Positions 13,061-24,666 of a stretch of 64,000 nucleotides of DNA are shown one piece after another (the first letter of the stretch is position 1; each line of letters begins with the position of its first letter). This DNA is from Lama glama (lineage: Eukaryota). The stretch lies in NCBI GenBank assembly GCA_028534125.1, contig CM052817.1, positions 3,412,001 through 3,476,000 of the forward strand, written 5' to 3'. The notes under the pieces are model-generated. The model saw only the letters and a program-made list of their open reading frames with translations. It searched no databases and had not been told where the DNA came from. Made by a program: the position numbers and the translations under genes.

Positions 13061-13379
13061 ACTGCCTGGCCTTGGCCTCTTGACTTCCTGATCTCACTTG
13101 GCAAAAAAAACTGACTGGGAGTAAAGAAACGCTAGGTGTTCTCAAGTGGCCCTTTCCTGCTCCCCTGGACTCACAACAAGATCACATCCTGTCTCTCTTG
13201 AAGTCAGCTGAGCCCGAAGTCTCCCTGGCCTAGGAGGGCACATCCCTGGGTGTCATAGCTGCCTCCACCCATCTTCACTCTCTTGTTAAGAACCCCCACA
13301 GCCCTGGGGCCCCCTCTTTCCCACCCACACAGGGGAAATGGAGGACTCCAGGCCAGAGGACACAGCAGAGCCTCAGGGT

Positions 13380-13538
13380 GAAGGGCCTGGGTTCCCAGGT
13401 CACCCCCAGCAGGAGACCCAGTTCACCAGGACCACGCAGTTTTGTTGCTACATGAACAAAAAAGCAAGCACTTAGAGCATGAAGCTGTTAATTTGGAGGG
13501 ATTTTTGTTACAGCAGTGAGCCTTCCCTGACTGATACA
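13380..13538 (+). mobile_element. Old MaLR LTR 3' end (MLT1J/K-like)
   Basis: 'tttttgttacagcagtgagccttccctgactgataca' terminus. Confidence 0.6.
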
Positions 13539-13779
13539 GACCGTGTAGCAGAGTTATTTGTCCAAAGATGTTTTAAGATTGTCCTAAGCCAAAGGGATGA
13601 GTCCTGAGGCCGGGGGAGGGCTAGGAACACCGTAAAGCCAGAGGTGCATGAAGGGGTTAACTGGAAAGGTCTGTCTGAGGCAGAGAGGGGAGAGGGAGGA
13701 GGGGAGAGGCGCCTCTCTTCAGTGTGGTTCCTGGGACCCAGCTCGGGGTCCCTCCAAGTGAGCGCCAGCTTCCTCACAC

Positions 13780-14070
13780 AGTTTCAGCATTATGCAAACC
13801 AGTAAAGCCATCACTAGCTGGACAGATAAACAGAACAGACTGAGGGTTGTCAGTAAAACGTGGGGTTTTTCCTATGCATGTCTGTGTTTTTCTACCACTT
13901 GATACTGTTTGGAAACAAAAGATGAGACTCGGGTAAACAAAACACTGAATAAAGCCACATCGTATTTTATACGGATGCACCAAATATCCTCGTCGATAAA
14001 ACTCCCCATCATGTAAAAAGAGTGAATCAGTGTTCTGGCCGATTAATGAGGTCGAATGTGGCTTTCACGC
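13780..14070. promoter_or_regulatory. Candidate enhancer (forkhead-motif island)
   Basis: ATAAACA at 13826, GTAAACA at 13933, TTATGCAAA and GATTAAT in a repeat-free AT-rich block. Confidence 0.35.
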
Positions 14071-17000
14071 ACTCTGGAGTCCAGATCCTCCACACCGAGC
14101 TCTGGGCTGCACGGGCTGCGGGGACGCCCAGCGTTCCCGGCGGTGTCTCCCCATGGCCCTTCCCTCCCCGCTCCCTCCCCACCCCCTCCCTTGACTTTCA
14201 GCCCACCTTGGGCATGTTTTCTTATTTAACTGGTGCATGGTTCCTCCCTGCTCTCGCTTGTAAGATGCCCTCGATGCCTCTGTGGAGGTCACATGAATAG
14301 AAACTGGTCTTGTTTACGGTGGGTTGATGCGTTCAAGGTCTGCCTTCCAATCTGGAGGTGGGCGTGTCCTCGGCTGCCTCCCTTGCCCCAGGCGGCGGGC
14401 TGTCCCCTGGCTGTTCCCAGCCCCATCCAGCCCTGCAGCTGTAGTGCCTCTGCCCCCAGAGAGCCATGAGGGTATGGGGGCTCTTCCAAAGGCCACCGAG
14501 AGCCGCAGTGCAGGCCGTGCAGAGAATAAAGCAGAACGAGGGGCTTCGGGCTCACGCTTCTCACACGGCACAGAACCATGTTTTCACCCAAAGCAGAGAG
14601 GTAGACATTCGAAGCTGGAGACTCCAGAAGTGGACAGAGAGGGCTGGCATCTGGGTGAGGCCCGTGCGCACTTGAAAGGCTGTCAGCATGGAGGTTCCCA
14701 GGCTGCCCCACACCCAGACCCTCCAGGTCCTGAGCACAGGCATCTACACACCAGGCTGCACCCCCACGCAGCTGCCTCTCGGCGGCCAGCCCTGGGCCCA
14801 GACACCAGGCCCTCCTAACAGCCGGCTCGGAGGTTTGGAGGCCCCGCCCTGTCAGCCCCGGGAGCTCCGGCGCCCGTGCAGCGCCCTCCCACCTCGCCGT
14901 CTTGACCGCGGGGCACCCCGGCCCCTCCCGCCCTGCTCCATCACACCTGCGGGAACTGCCCTGCTCAGGTGACCAGATGGCCACCTCGCTGGCTGTGGCA
15001 CCCCTGGTCCCTGGCTCTCCCTCCCACCTCTCACGGTGTCTCTGCGCCCTCCACCCGACTCTAGACAAGGGCTTCAGTTCCCAGGAACGGCCCCTCCACC
15101 ACGTGTCGGGTAATGAACTCTAGAGTCAGGGTGGCGTGGCTTCAGACCCAACTGCTGGGGAAGAGACCTTGCCTGGTGGGGCCTCAGTTCGCTAATCTGG
15201 AAAAGGACACGCACAGGGATTCCTTCCCTGCCCCGAGCCTGCCTCCGAGGGGCTGCGGTTACAAGTCCCCTGCTCACCCCAGGATGACAAAGGCCCCAAC
15301 GTCACCAAAGTTCCATTTCTGAAACAGACTCCCTGGCCAGCGAGGATGTTTGTCCCGGCCCTCCCTCGTGAACAGATCCCTAAGACTTCCTACCCCGCCC
15401 TCAGACCGGGGCGGGTGTGAGTCCGCGAGGCGTCCGGCCAGGAGGTGGCATCACGCGAGCTCACCTGTCCCAGCATCATTAATGCACACGCCGTGCCAAG
15501 CCAGGTCCTGACACGGATGTGCCGCCGTCACCTTCCTGCTCACCCTGCAGACCCGCCCACCTGCTGGGAGCCCAGCCCCCTGGATGTCTCCCCAGAGACT
15601 AAACCCAAGCAAAGACACCCCACAACACACAGCCCCAGCTCACAACATAAGGGACACTAGGATGCAGGGAAGGCACCAGAATGGGATTCAGGGGCCGGGG
15701 TGCTCCCTGGTCCCACCCAAACCTGCCGTGAGGCCCTGCTTGCACCCTCACTCGTGAAAGTGAGCAGCTGGACAGCGTGGCCTCACTCACCCATGCAGAG
15801 CAGAGCGCCCGGAAAGCCTGCGCCGCGCCAGCCCCTCTGTGCTCGGCGCTCGGGGTGAGGGCATAAGAAAGACTCGGCCCCGAGCTCTGCAGGTTCCCAA
15901 AGTCTGGTGAGGGAGGCCGAGCGGCACACAGTATTTCCCAAGTTCAAAGTGATCAGGATTGTGAGACATGGATACACTGAAGGCTTGTGGGAACCAAGAA
16001 GCAGCAGCAGCTAGCTCCGTCTGACTCGTCCAGAGTCACTGTGTCCCCAGCGCCCGGCACAGACGGGGCTCAGGAAACACCTGCTGGACAGGCGAGAAGC
16101 CGGGCGAGGGACAGGAGCCTCTGTGACATTTCAGAGGACCCCGAGCCGTCCCTTCCTCTGTGGCCCCGCAGACACTCACTCAGCAAGAGTGGTCCCCCAG
16201 AACCCATTTAACAAGACACACAGACAGACAAAGGGAGAAGAAACGGAAAAGCCAGATATGGAAGGGAAGCAGAGAGACTGAGAGAGACAGAGACGGAGAA
16301 GCACCAAAGAGAGGCAGAGCTGGAGAACACGGCGGGGCAGATCAGAGACAGATGGGAGGCAGAGGGCGGGACGAGCCCGCTGCGTGTGCGGGGCAGGCGC
16401 TGGGGAGGGGACAGCAGTCCGCTGTCCGCAGGATCAACACAGTAATAACCCAGCACGCCGCACTTATCACCAGGTTGCATTCTAAGCAGGCGCTGCTGGG
16501 TTGTTTTCTGAAGATTTGTCAGGAAACAGCAAATGCACCGTCCAGTGCACACAGTCACACTGTGGGTGAGAGTGACCCGGGCAGCTGAGGGCCGGTGGCT
16601 CCCACCAGGCGATGGGCAAGAGGCTGGGGTCACTGAGGGCAGGTGGGGGCGTAGCACGCGAGCCACGAGGGCATGGTCCTGGACCCCCACCGCCCCTGCT
16701 GGCCACGTGGTCCACGGGGCGGGCTGCATGTAAATGTGAACGCAGTGAGACAGTGTGCGCTTCCCGATTTGTAAACCCCAGACTCAGACCACAGGTGGCC
16801 CTAGGCCAACCGAGCACTCCCGCCCCACTTTCTGGCCCTGCCCAGCCCCCATCAGTGCTCCCCAACCCCCTCCCCCAGACCACACAGCCAGGGAAGACGT
16901 GCCCACCTGGGCCCCAGTATTCAGAGGGGTGCACGGAACAGAAGTTGTGTGGAGCAAACACAGATGAAGGAAGTCAACCCCTGGGACACATTCCAAAGTG

Positions 17001-17619
17001 GGCCCAGCTCTAACTGGGAGATTAGTGATTACGGGAGTAATCAAAAGCAGTGAATTTTTCAGACCCAGTTTAGAAAGCACTTGTGGCCAGTAGGGTTTTA
17101 CTAGTAATGCAGGAGACAAGGGGTGCACATGGCCGTGGTGAACATCTCCACAGCCCAGCCCTCCCGGGCTGGCCACGCCGGGCACAGGCCCACCTGCCTG
17201 CCCGTGGGTGTCTGGCCTTCGGGCTCCCCACCACCAGCAATCTGCCAGGTCCACCCAGAAGCCAGTCTGCTCCTTTGAAACACCCCTCGCTGACAGCCTG
17301 GGTGCCCACCTCGGCTCAGCACACTTTCATGAAGCCCAGCGCTGAGCTGGCACCAGGATCAAAGACCAGCCAGGCTGCCCTTCAGAGGCCTCCATCAGGG
17401 CCCGCGTGCTAGGGCCACAGGGGACCTTCCCGCAAGGCCAGGTCACTTAGCATCTGGAAACCTTGGTTTCATCACCTGCAAAGTAGGGGTGGACAAAGGA
17501 CCCAGGCTAGTGGGAGGGCTAAACACGCGAACGCATCGCGAACACCTGATTCCAGTGCCTGATGTACCATCGGAACTCAAGAAATAGAAGTTCCCCCTGT
17601 TATTCCTCAAGTTCATAGA

Positions 17620-18180
17620 AGAACTTCCTCATACGATTTGCTTTCTCTGAATGAACTCCAATTTCGTCACTCCCGTGAGAAAGCCAGCAGCGCTGGAAGA
17701 ATGAGGTACCTGAAGATGCCATTAACGATAAGTAATTTCCCCAGGAATTCCGAAAGGGCCACCCGGGAAGCAAGCTTATCTCATGTCAGCTCCTTGGCCT
17801 TACACGCAGGACTCTCTCAATTAATCCCACCTTTACAGCTCATCTTGGTACATCAGACAGTTGCAGAAATCATCCTCACTCCAGTTCATCGAAACTGGTT
17901 GCCTCTGCCTGTTCATTTCACACAATTTGCAAAAAGTTGCCCCTCTGAACTAGCCTGGTTTCTGGGTATTCATCGCAAGTCTATTAGCGCAGACACTGTA
18001 ATAATGAATTGAAATTTACATCGTGTATAATCTCATTAATTGCATGATCATATCGGGTTTGACAGTTTAATGCATTACTAAGGGAAAATAGTCTAATACA
18101 TGACATTAAAGATCTTATCAAGGTTAATTTGCCTTAAAACGTAGTTACTACATAATTTTTCATCTCCATTTTAGATGCTG
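17620..18180. promoter_or_regulatory. Candidate highly conserved non-coding element
   Basis: Very AT-rich, repeat-free core (17960-18170) dense in TAAT/ATTA with TGACAG next to TTAATG, in a GC-rich background. Confidence 0.6.
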
Positions 18181-18289
18181 TGGTTTAAACATGTGGGGCT
18201 TTGATCTGGGAGGAAGGTATCCACGCATACCAACAGAATCAGAGTGGCACGCTCACCTCTCAGGGGAGATGGGAAGAGGGGAAATAAGC

Positions 18290-18490
18290 ACGGGATTTGG
18301 AACCACTCAGGTAAGTTTGTCAGTTCGTCCCGTAGGTGCTGTGTGACCTTGGGCAAAATGCTGACCCTCCCTGGGCCTTGAGCTCCTCATCTGCAAAGGG
18401 CTGCAGGAATCCTCATTACAAAGGACTCTTGTGAGGCTGAAAGAGGTGCATAGAAGGCCCAGCAGAAAGCCTGGCACATAGAGGTGCATT
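18290..18490 (+). mobile_element. MIR SINE
   Basis: 'gctgtgtgaccttgggcaa...tcctcatctgcaaagg...gcctggcacatag'. Confidence 0.8.
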
Positions 18491-18934
18491 TTATTCTCAT
18501 TCACCATCGCATCCTCAACAGCCAGTATAAGGCGGGCACATGGGAAGTCCACTATAAATGGACCCACGGTTGCCAAGGACACCACATGCAAAGAGAGAGA
18601 TGGGTGAATCAACAGACATGCTGGTGACAAGTCAAATCGAAAGAGAGGGTGGGGGAGACAAGGGCAGGTGCCCCACCTCAGACAGGTGACTCAGAGTGAT
18701 CTCAAACAGGAGACCTGGAGGAGCTGCCCTGACAGCTTCCCTTGGGGCAAAGGCTTTAGCCTGATTCAATTCTGTTCAAGAAGCATTTATGTGGCACCAA
18801 GATGGGCTGGGTCATAGCTGTCCTAAAGCACTAATTTTTTTCACATGTTTGTGGGTGAAGATAGTGCTGCGTGACAGAAACAATAAAATAATAATAACCA
18901 ATATTAATAAAACATTCCTCATAGACATGATCTT

Positions 18935-19195
18935 ACTCATTTGATCAACAAATACTTACAGAGCACCCGCGGCCATGTGTGAGCCTATGTTAGGTGCTGA
19001 GCATGAATTGCTGAGCAGGTCTGACATGCTCCCCGGCCTCCCGGATCTTTCCAGCAGTGATAGCACAGTTTGATGAATGTTATGATGGGGACTCACGGCA
19101 GGGGAAACTGGTACCATCTGAGATCTGGGAAGGTCTGCCTGGAAAAGGGCCATTGAAGTGAGGCTGAAGGAGAAGAAGGGTCTGTCCTTTGGGAA
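18935..19195 (-). mobile_element. L2 3' fragment (continues after the L1 at about 20020-20230)
   Basis: 'ttactcatttgatcaacaaatacttacagagcacc...tgttaggtgctgag'. Confidence 0.65.
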
Positions 19196-20000
19196 GATAA
19201 AACAAGTGCAAATGTCTATGCACCTAACAACACAGCCCTAATACACATAAAGCAAAACTGACAGAATCAAAAGGAGAAAAAGAAGACTCAATGATCACAG
19301 TTGGAGATTTCAATCCACTTTCAGTAATGGTTAATCCAACCAGACAGAAGATCAGTACGGATACAGAAGACCTGAGCAGCACTGTCAACTGACTTGACCT
19401 AAGTGGCATTTCCAGAACCGACAGCAGCAGAAAGCACACGCTTTTCCAGGGCACAGGGAACACGCTCCAGGGGAGATCACATGCTAGGCTCTAAAGCAAG
19501 CCCAGTAAGTATAAAAGGGTCAAAATCATACCAGATACGTTCTCTGGCCACAGTGAGATCACAACAGAAGGAAATTTAAGAAACCTTCAAACACTGAAAA
19601 ATAAACAGCACATTTACACGTTTCCTGGGGATCAAAATGGAAATCACACAGGAAATTAGAAAGGTGAATGAAAATGAAACGCAATGCATCATACCACATG
19701 GGACGCAGCTAGAGTGGTGTGAGGAGGAAAATTTGTAGCTTTAAATGCTTAGAAAGGAAAAAAATCTAAAATCAACCATCTAGGCTCCACCTCAAGAAGC
19801 TAGAAAAAGAAGAGAAAACTAAACCCTAAGTGAGTAGAAGGAAGGAAATAATAAAAACCAGGGCAGAAATAAGTGGAATAGATGACAGAAGAGCAACAGA
19901 AAGAAATCAATGAAACCAAAACAATGGTTCTTGGAGAAAATAAATAGAAATAATAAACCTTTAGCTAGACTGACCTTGAAGAAAAAGAAGGAATCAGCCA
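19196..20000 (+). mobile_element. Old L1M ORF2 fragment (endonuclease domain and downstream), decayed
   Basis: 'aatgtctatgcacctaac' (NVYAPN), 'gttggagatttcaat' (VGDFN), 'ttctctggccacagtg', 'ggttcttggagaaaataaatagaaataataaacctttagctagactgacc'; no intact frame. Confidence 0.9.
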
Positions 20001-20019
20001 GAGAAAAGATAGGAAGAAG

Positions 20020-20230
20020 ATGAAGGAATAAGGGGGAGAAAGGTGTTCCAGGCAGAGGAGCCAGCAGCAGTAGAAACCCAGAGACAAGAGAGGATGGGGC
20101 ACAGTGACACTCCAGGAACTGACGTGTGGGGTGGGGGAGACAGCTGAGTACTGAGGCACCGTCAGTGTGCTCAGAGTCGCTGCAAGGGCAATAAGACATC
20201 CCTTGAAGGTTTTAAGTAGAAAGAGACATA
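20020..20230 (-). mobile_element. L2 fragment
   Basis: 'gtgttccaggcagaggagccagcagc...ttgaaggttttaagtag'. Confidence 0.65.
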
Positions 20231-21959
20231 GAGGGTGTCACGGTCACTGCATCTCAAAGATGGGAAACTGGACTCAGAGACGTCTTGAGACTTGCCTGAA
20301 GTCACACGGCTAGCCAGGTACGTCACCAGAGCTCATGCACACCGATTTCCATCAAACCATCCTGGACAGAGCACTGGAGGGGCAGTCAGAGAGCCCCCCA
20401 AGTCACCACCCAACCCTGGGGACCGCTGTAAACTAATGGGGCTACTGGCAAAGCCCCACCATTCCTTCCAACAATGACATGTATGAGTCAAAATAAAGAC
20501 AAGTTAGGTTTTGCTGTCCTGAAATCACATTTAATCCATGTTTTTTAGACTTCCTATTGGTCTTGCCAGCACAGCTCAATTCCACCTTTCCTAGGCCACA
20601 AACTGTGAAGGGTTCAGGTTCAAACCGACACCAAGCAGAAATAAACTTCACTGTCTCCGCCCACTGGGACCGGCCTCTGCGGCCCCCAAGCTCCCCTCTG
20701 AAACCAGGCCCCAACACAGCATGAGCACCATCTTATCACAGGGTAAGTCCATACCATCCCCACCGAATCCACCCGAATCCTGGAGGAAAGCCACAGCACA
20801 CAGCCTGCTCTCCCACCAGTAACACAAAGAGGGGCAGGCCCCCTCGAGAAGGAGGGTGGCCACGTTGTCCACCTCCCAGTGTCAGCATGTTGGGGGGTCT
20901 GGGTAGCCCCCAGAGCTGGAAGGCAGTTTCCAACCCCACTGCCAACCCCCCAGAATTCTGGGCCCCTCCTGGATTCAGCTGGGCATCTCACGGAAAGAAT
21001 TCTCAATACTGTTCGTAGGATAAATGAGTCGGGCTGCAGGGAAGGGCTTTTATCAGCTTTGCAATGTCGGTCCCATTTCCAAACCTGAACCCATTCTCCC
21101 AACTTCCCCTGCAACACGGTGCCCCCTCCTTACCTCCTGCCCGCATCAGAAAGGGCTCGCTGGTCAGGGGCACATTTTTATCTCTCAGTTCATACTTCCC
21201 CCTCAGCCCATCGGGTGGCGGGGACCACCCAAACCGCTCCACCTTCTCCTGGTGCAAGGCGAGTTGGGGGGCACCTGCCTCAGTCGTCCCCCCCTTCCTC
21301 CCACCCCTGCCCCACGGGAGCAGGTGTGTCTACTAGAGCGGTCCTGGCCCCCGGCCGGCTGGGGCAGACCCCGGCTGTAGCAGAACGGCACGCTAATCCT
21401 CACCGAGCCTAACCTTCTCCCTTCCAGACAGAAGCAGCAGCAAAGGCCTGCGGGTGTTCGCAAGTCACCTGGTTTTCTTCCACTTCTAGAAGGTTCCATG
21501 GGATAAGCAAGGCCCAGCCTCCTAGGGGCCCAGTGTCCCCTCTAAGGGTCTGATGACTCGGGACTCAGCAGCGAGAGCTGGGGGTGGGGTGGGAGCAACC
21601 GCACTTGCTTGATGGTGGACGAGGTAGTGACTGCACAGGAGCAGCTGTCTTTGCAGGGACAGCACAGTGCAGGGGTGTCAGGACCCAGCACCCCAACCGC
21701 ACCACCCCAACCCTCCACGGCTGTCTTCACTCGCAGCCCTGGGGAAATTAACACCTGTGGGCGGCTGTCCCGGAGGCTCAGCCAGTCCTCCCAGCGTACT
21801 TCACACAGGGCCACCAGGAGGTTCCTGACACTGCCACTTCCCAGCTGCAGGCCTTGGACCAGCCACTGAACCTGGGGCCTTGGGATCCCCCTGCGCTCCT
21901 CTCCACCCTGGGACACAGGTGACAAGGCAAGGTGCTTTCTAAGCAGAGAGCCGCTTCTG

Positions 21960-22160
21960 CTTCGAATACTTACTCTATTCTGTGCGTTAGCTCACTGAAC
22001 CCTCCAAACAATCCAGTCACGTAGGTACTATTATTATTAGCCCTGTTTTCCACATGGGAAAACTGAGGCAGGCAGGCTAGGAACCCTGCCCAGAGTCACC
22101 CAGGTAGAAGTGGCCACAATGGGCTTTGCAGCTGGAGCTGGAAGCTTCAGTCTGTGTCTG
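21960..22160 (-). mobile_element. MIR SINE
   Basis: 'gtaggtactattattattagccctgttttccacatgggaaaactgaggc'. Confidence 0.8.
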
Positions 22161-23338
22161 ACCACCTGCCACTTATGTAAGTCAAGTCTCTGCAGAGGAG
22201 CAAGGAAAACAGACTCATGGACACCCTTCAGGTGCCAGGCACAGGGCTGTGCAGGCCTCTCGGAATTACACCTGCCCTGTCCCAGGCATTGGGACTGCTA
22301 TGTCTACCCTAGACATGCAGGGGCTGAGGCTCAGACATGTCACCTGCTGCACCTTGTAGCACTTAGCCCAGCGAGTGGACGTGCCAGGAGGCAAACCAAG
22401 ACCCTCTGTTTGCAAAGTCCCAGGTGACTTCTCCAGCGTCACACTGCCCACCATCACTCAGGACTGCTGGGACCATCTGAATCCCCCTGAAACCTGCACT
22501 CTAGACCGGCACGCAGAGTCCCTGCAAGCACTTGGGCACATCTGCAAATGGCACGATCAGACCAGGTTCACGCCCGGTGCTACAGTTTTAGCTGGGCAGT
22601 CATGGGCCACGCCCTTGGCTTTCTCAGGTTCAGTGTCACATTGTCCTAACAGTAGAGTCACAGACAGAAAAAGGCTCAGCAGAGGGTCATGCACACAGGG
22701 ATGGTCAAGCATCATTCCCCTCCCATCACCACCATTGCTTTTCCACCCCTCATCCGCATACCCACCCCACATCCCTCAGTTCTGAGAACCCACAACCCCG
22801 GCCCCTCTGCTAGGGGGAGGCCTTGGTGTCTCCATCTTCAAGGTAACTGCATCGTCTCTCTGCCTTGGCAACTGAAATTTACAACTGAAGATATCACATT
22901 AGCTCCACCCCCTGCTCACACCTCCGAGGGTTAGTAACAATTAACCTTACAATCACTGCCCGCCTCAGCGGCCAATTACTGCACTCAGGCCATCCTTTAA
23001 GGCAGATTACTTTGCCTGAAACCTCACAGGAGACACTTCATTACCCTGGCTTTGGAAGTCCTGCAGGGAGGGAAGCCTGGGGAAGGGAGAATGAGAAAAG
23101 TCTCGCGAGACCTACTCCAAGTCCTGAGCTCAGGAACCCCAAGCCGGCTGGAGCGGGCTCCCTGCAGGGCACCCCACACCTCCACTTCAGAGCTGCATCT
23201 CCAAGGACACAAGGTCACATCCTGGTCTGCAAGACAGCCCCCTCCATGTGTCCCCACTGCACACTGCACCGAACGACTCTTGTTCAATGAGTGAAGGCCA
23301 AGAAATGAAGGCAGTTATCCATCCCCACCGGAGCCATC

Positions 23339-23540
23339 TAGGGCCAGCTGCACAACTCGTGAGGCCAAGTGCACAATGAAAATGCAGGGCCTCCTGATAA
23401 AAAAACAATTAAGAAAGTTAAGATGAGAAACAGCAGCGTAAACTAAAAGCAAGGCCATCCCAAGTGTGGCCCCCCAAGTGCAGAGCCCTTCTGAGTTCAG
23501 GGACCTGTTGAAACAGCCCAGTCTGCAGGTGGAGCAGCCT
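23339..23540. mobile_element. hAT-Tip100 MITE (MER45A-like)
   Basis: 'agggccagct...gtgaggccaagtgcacaatgaaaatgcagggcc...attaagaa...aagatg...acagcag'. Confidence 0.75.
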
Positions 23541-24386
23541 GGACAACTGAACAGGAGGCACCCCCCTAGAGACCGCCCTGGAGCAACAAGCTTCAGATCA
23601 TAATGCTTTGGCCACAGACGACTTGGCCCCCCCATTCTCAACCCAGAGACAGCTTTCTCAAAGTCATAGTGAGCCATGCTCAAACACAGAACTCTCTGCA
23701 GGACCAGGAAGGCTTCCTGGAGGAAGGGCCTTGGAGCTGGGCCTGGGACAGGTAGAGGGGGAGGGACACTCACAGTGCCTCCATTCAGCAAGCACTCCCT
23801 GCACAGAGATGCTGGGTCAGGCAAGGAGCCAGGGACTGCGACCCAGTAGTCTACAAGACCATCCTCCCAGGCTTTGCATAACGTTCCTTTCTGAGAGGTG
23901 GGACCACTTCCTCCTTGCTCCTCATGCTTCCTTTGCTGCTTGTGGCTGTGGCCTGCAGGCTGGGTTTGTTCCAGCTGCTCTGGCAGTGCAGGAGGGAGAA
24001 GGGCCGTGCTTGAACAGTGACAGGGCTGAGAGACTGAGCACTTCCTCTTGGCTACAGCCCTAAAACTGCGTCCTCCCAGTCTCCCAAGACAATAATAAAG
24101 CAGTCACGTGATCTCTGATGTTTGCCTCCTGTGTCTTATTTCACAGCTGGTCCTAAGCTCATGATGGGACCAGGAAGTGTCACTGAATGCCCATGGGACC
24201 CCATGTTTCCTGCTGAGGGACACATCCACCTCTCCGTCACCTTGCTTCTGGCATCATTTCTGGCTCTGAGTTGGACCTGCGCCCAGGTCCCGGGGAGTTG
24301 CACCCTTGGTGCTGGAGGGGAACGGCGTGGGATACCACGTGCCTGAGTGCCAGGCTGCAGAGGAACAAACACATCTGTCTCATCAG

Positions 24387-24666
24387 AAGATTCACCTTCA
24401 GTATCTTGTGTAGCTCACGGCAGAGAAGAATCTGAACACAAGTATGTGTGTGTTCATGTGTGACTGAAGCACTGTGCTGTACACCAGAAGCTGACACAAC
24501 ATTGTAAACTGACTATAACTCAATAAAAAAATAAAAAGAAATTATTTTTCTGCACCGATAATTCAAATGTAGAACAGTTCTTGTCCTCAAAATGCTCCCG
24601 TTGAGTCGGGCTTAACTGAGAAATAAAGTGGGACAATGAAGAAGAAAAAAAAAGATTCACCTTCAG
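24387..24666 (+). mobile_element. 5'-truncated lineage-specific L1 3' end with 3' transduction, bounded by a 15-bp TSD
   Basis: TSD aagattcaccttcag at 24387-24401 and 24652-24666; L1 tail 'gctgtacaccagaagctgacacaacattgtaaactgactataactcaataaaaaa'; about 100 bp of extra sequence with AATAAA (24622) and a second A-tail. Confidence 0.85.
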
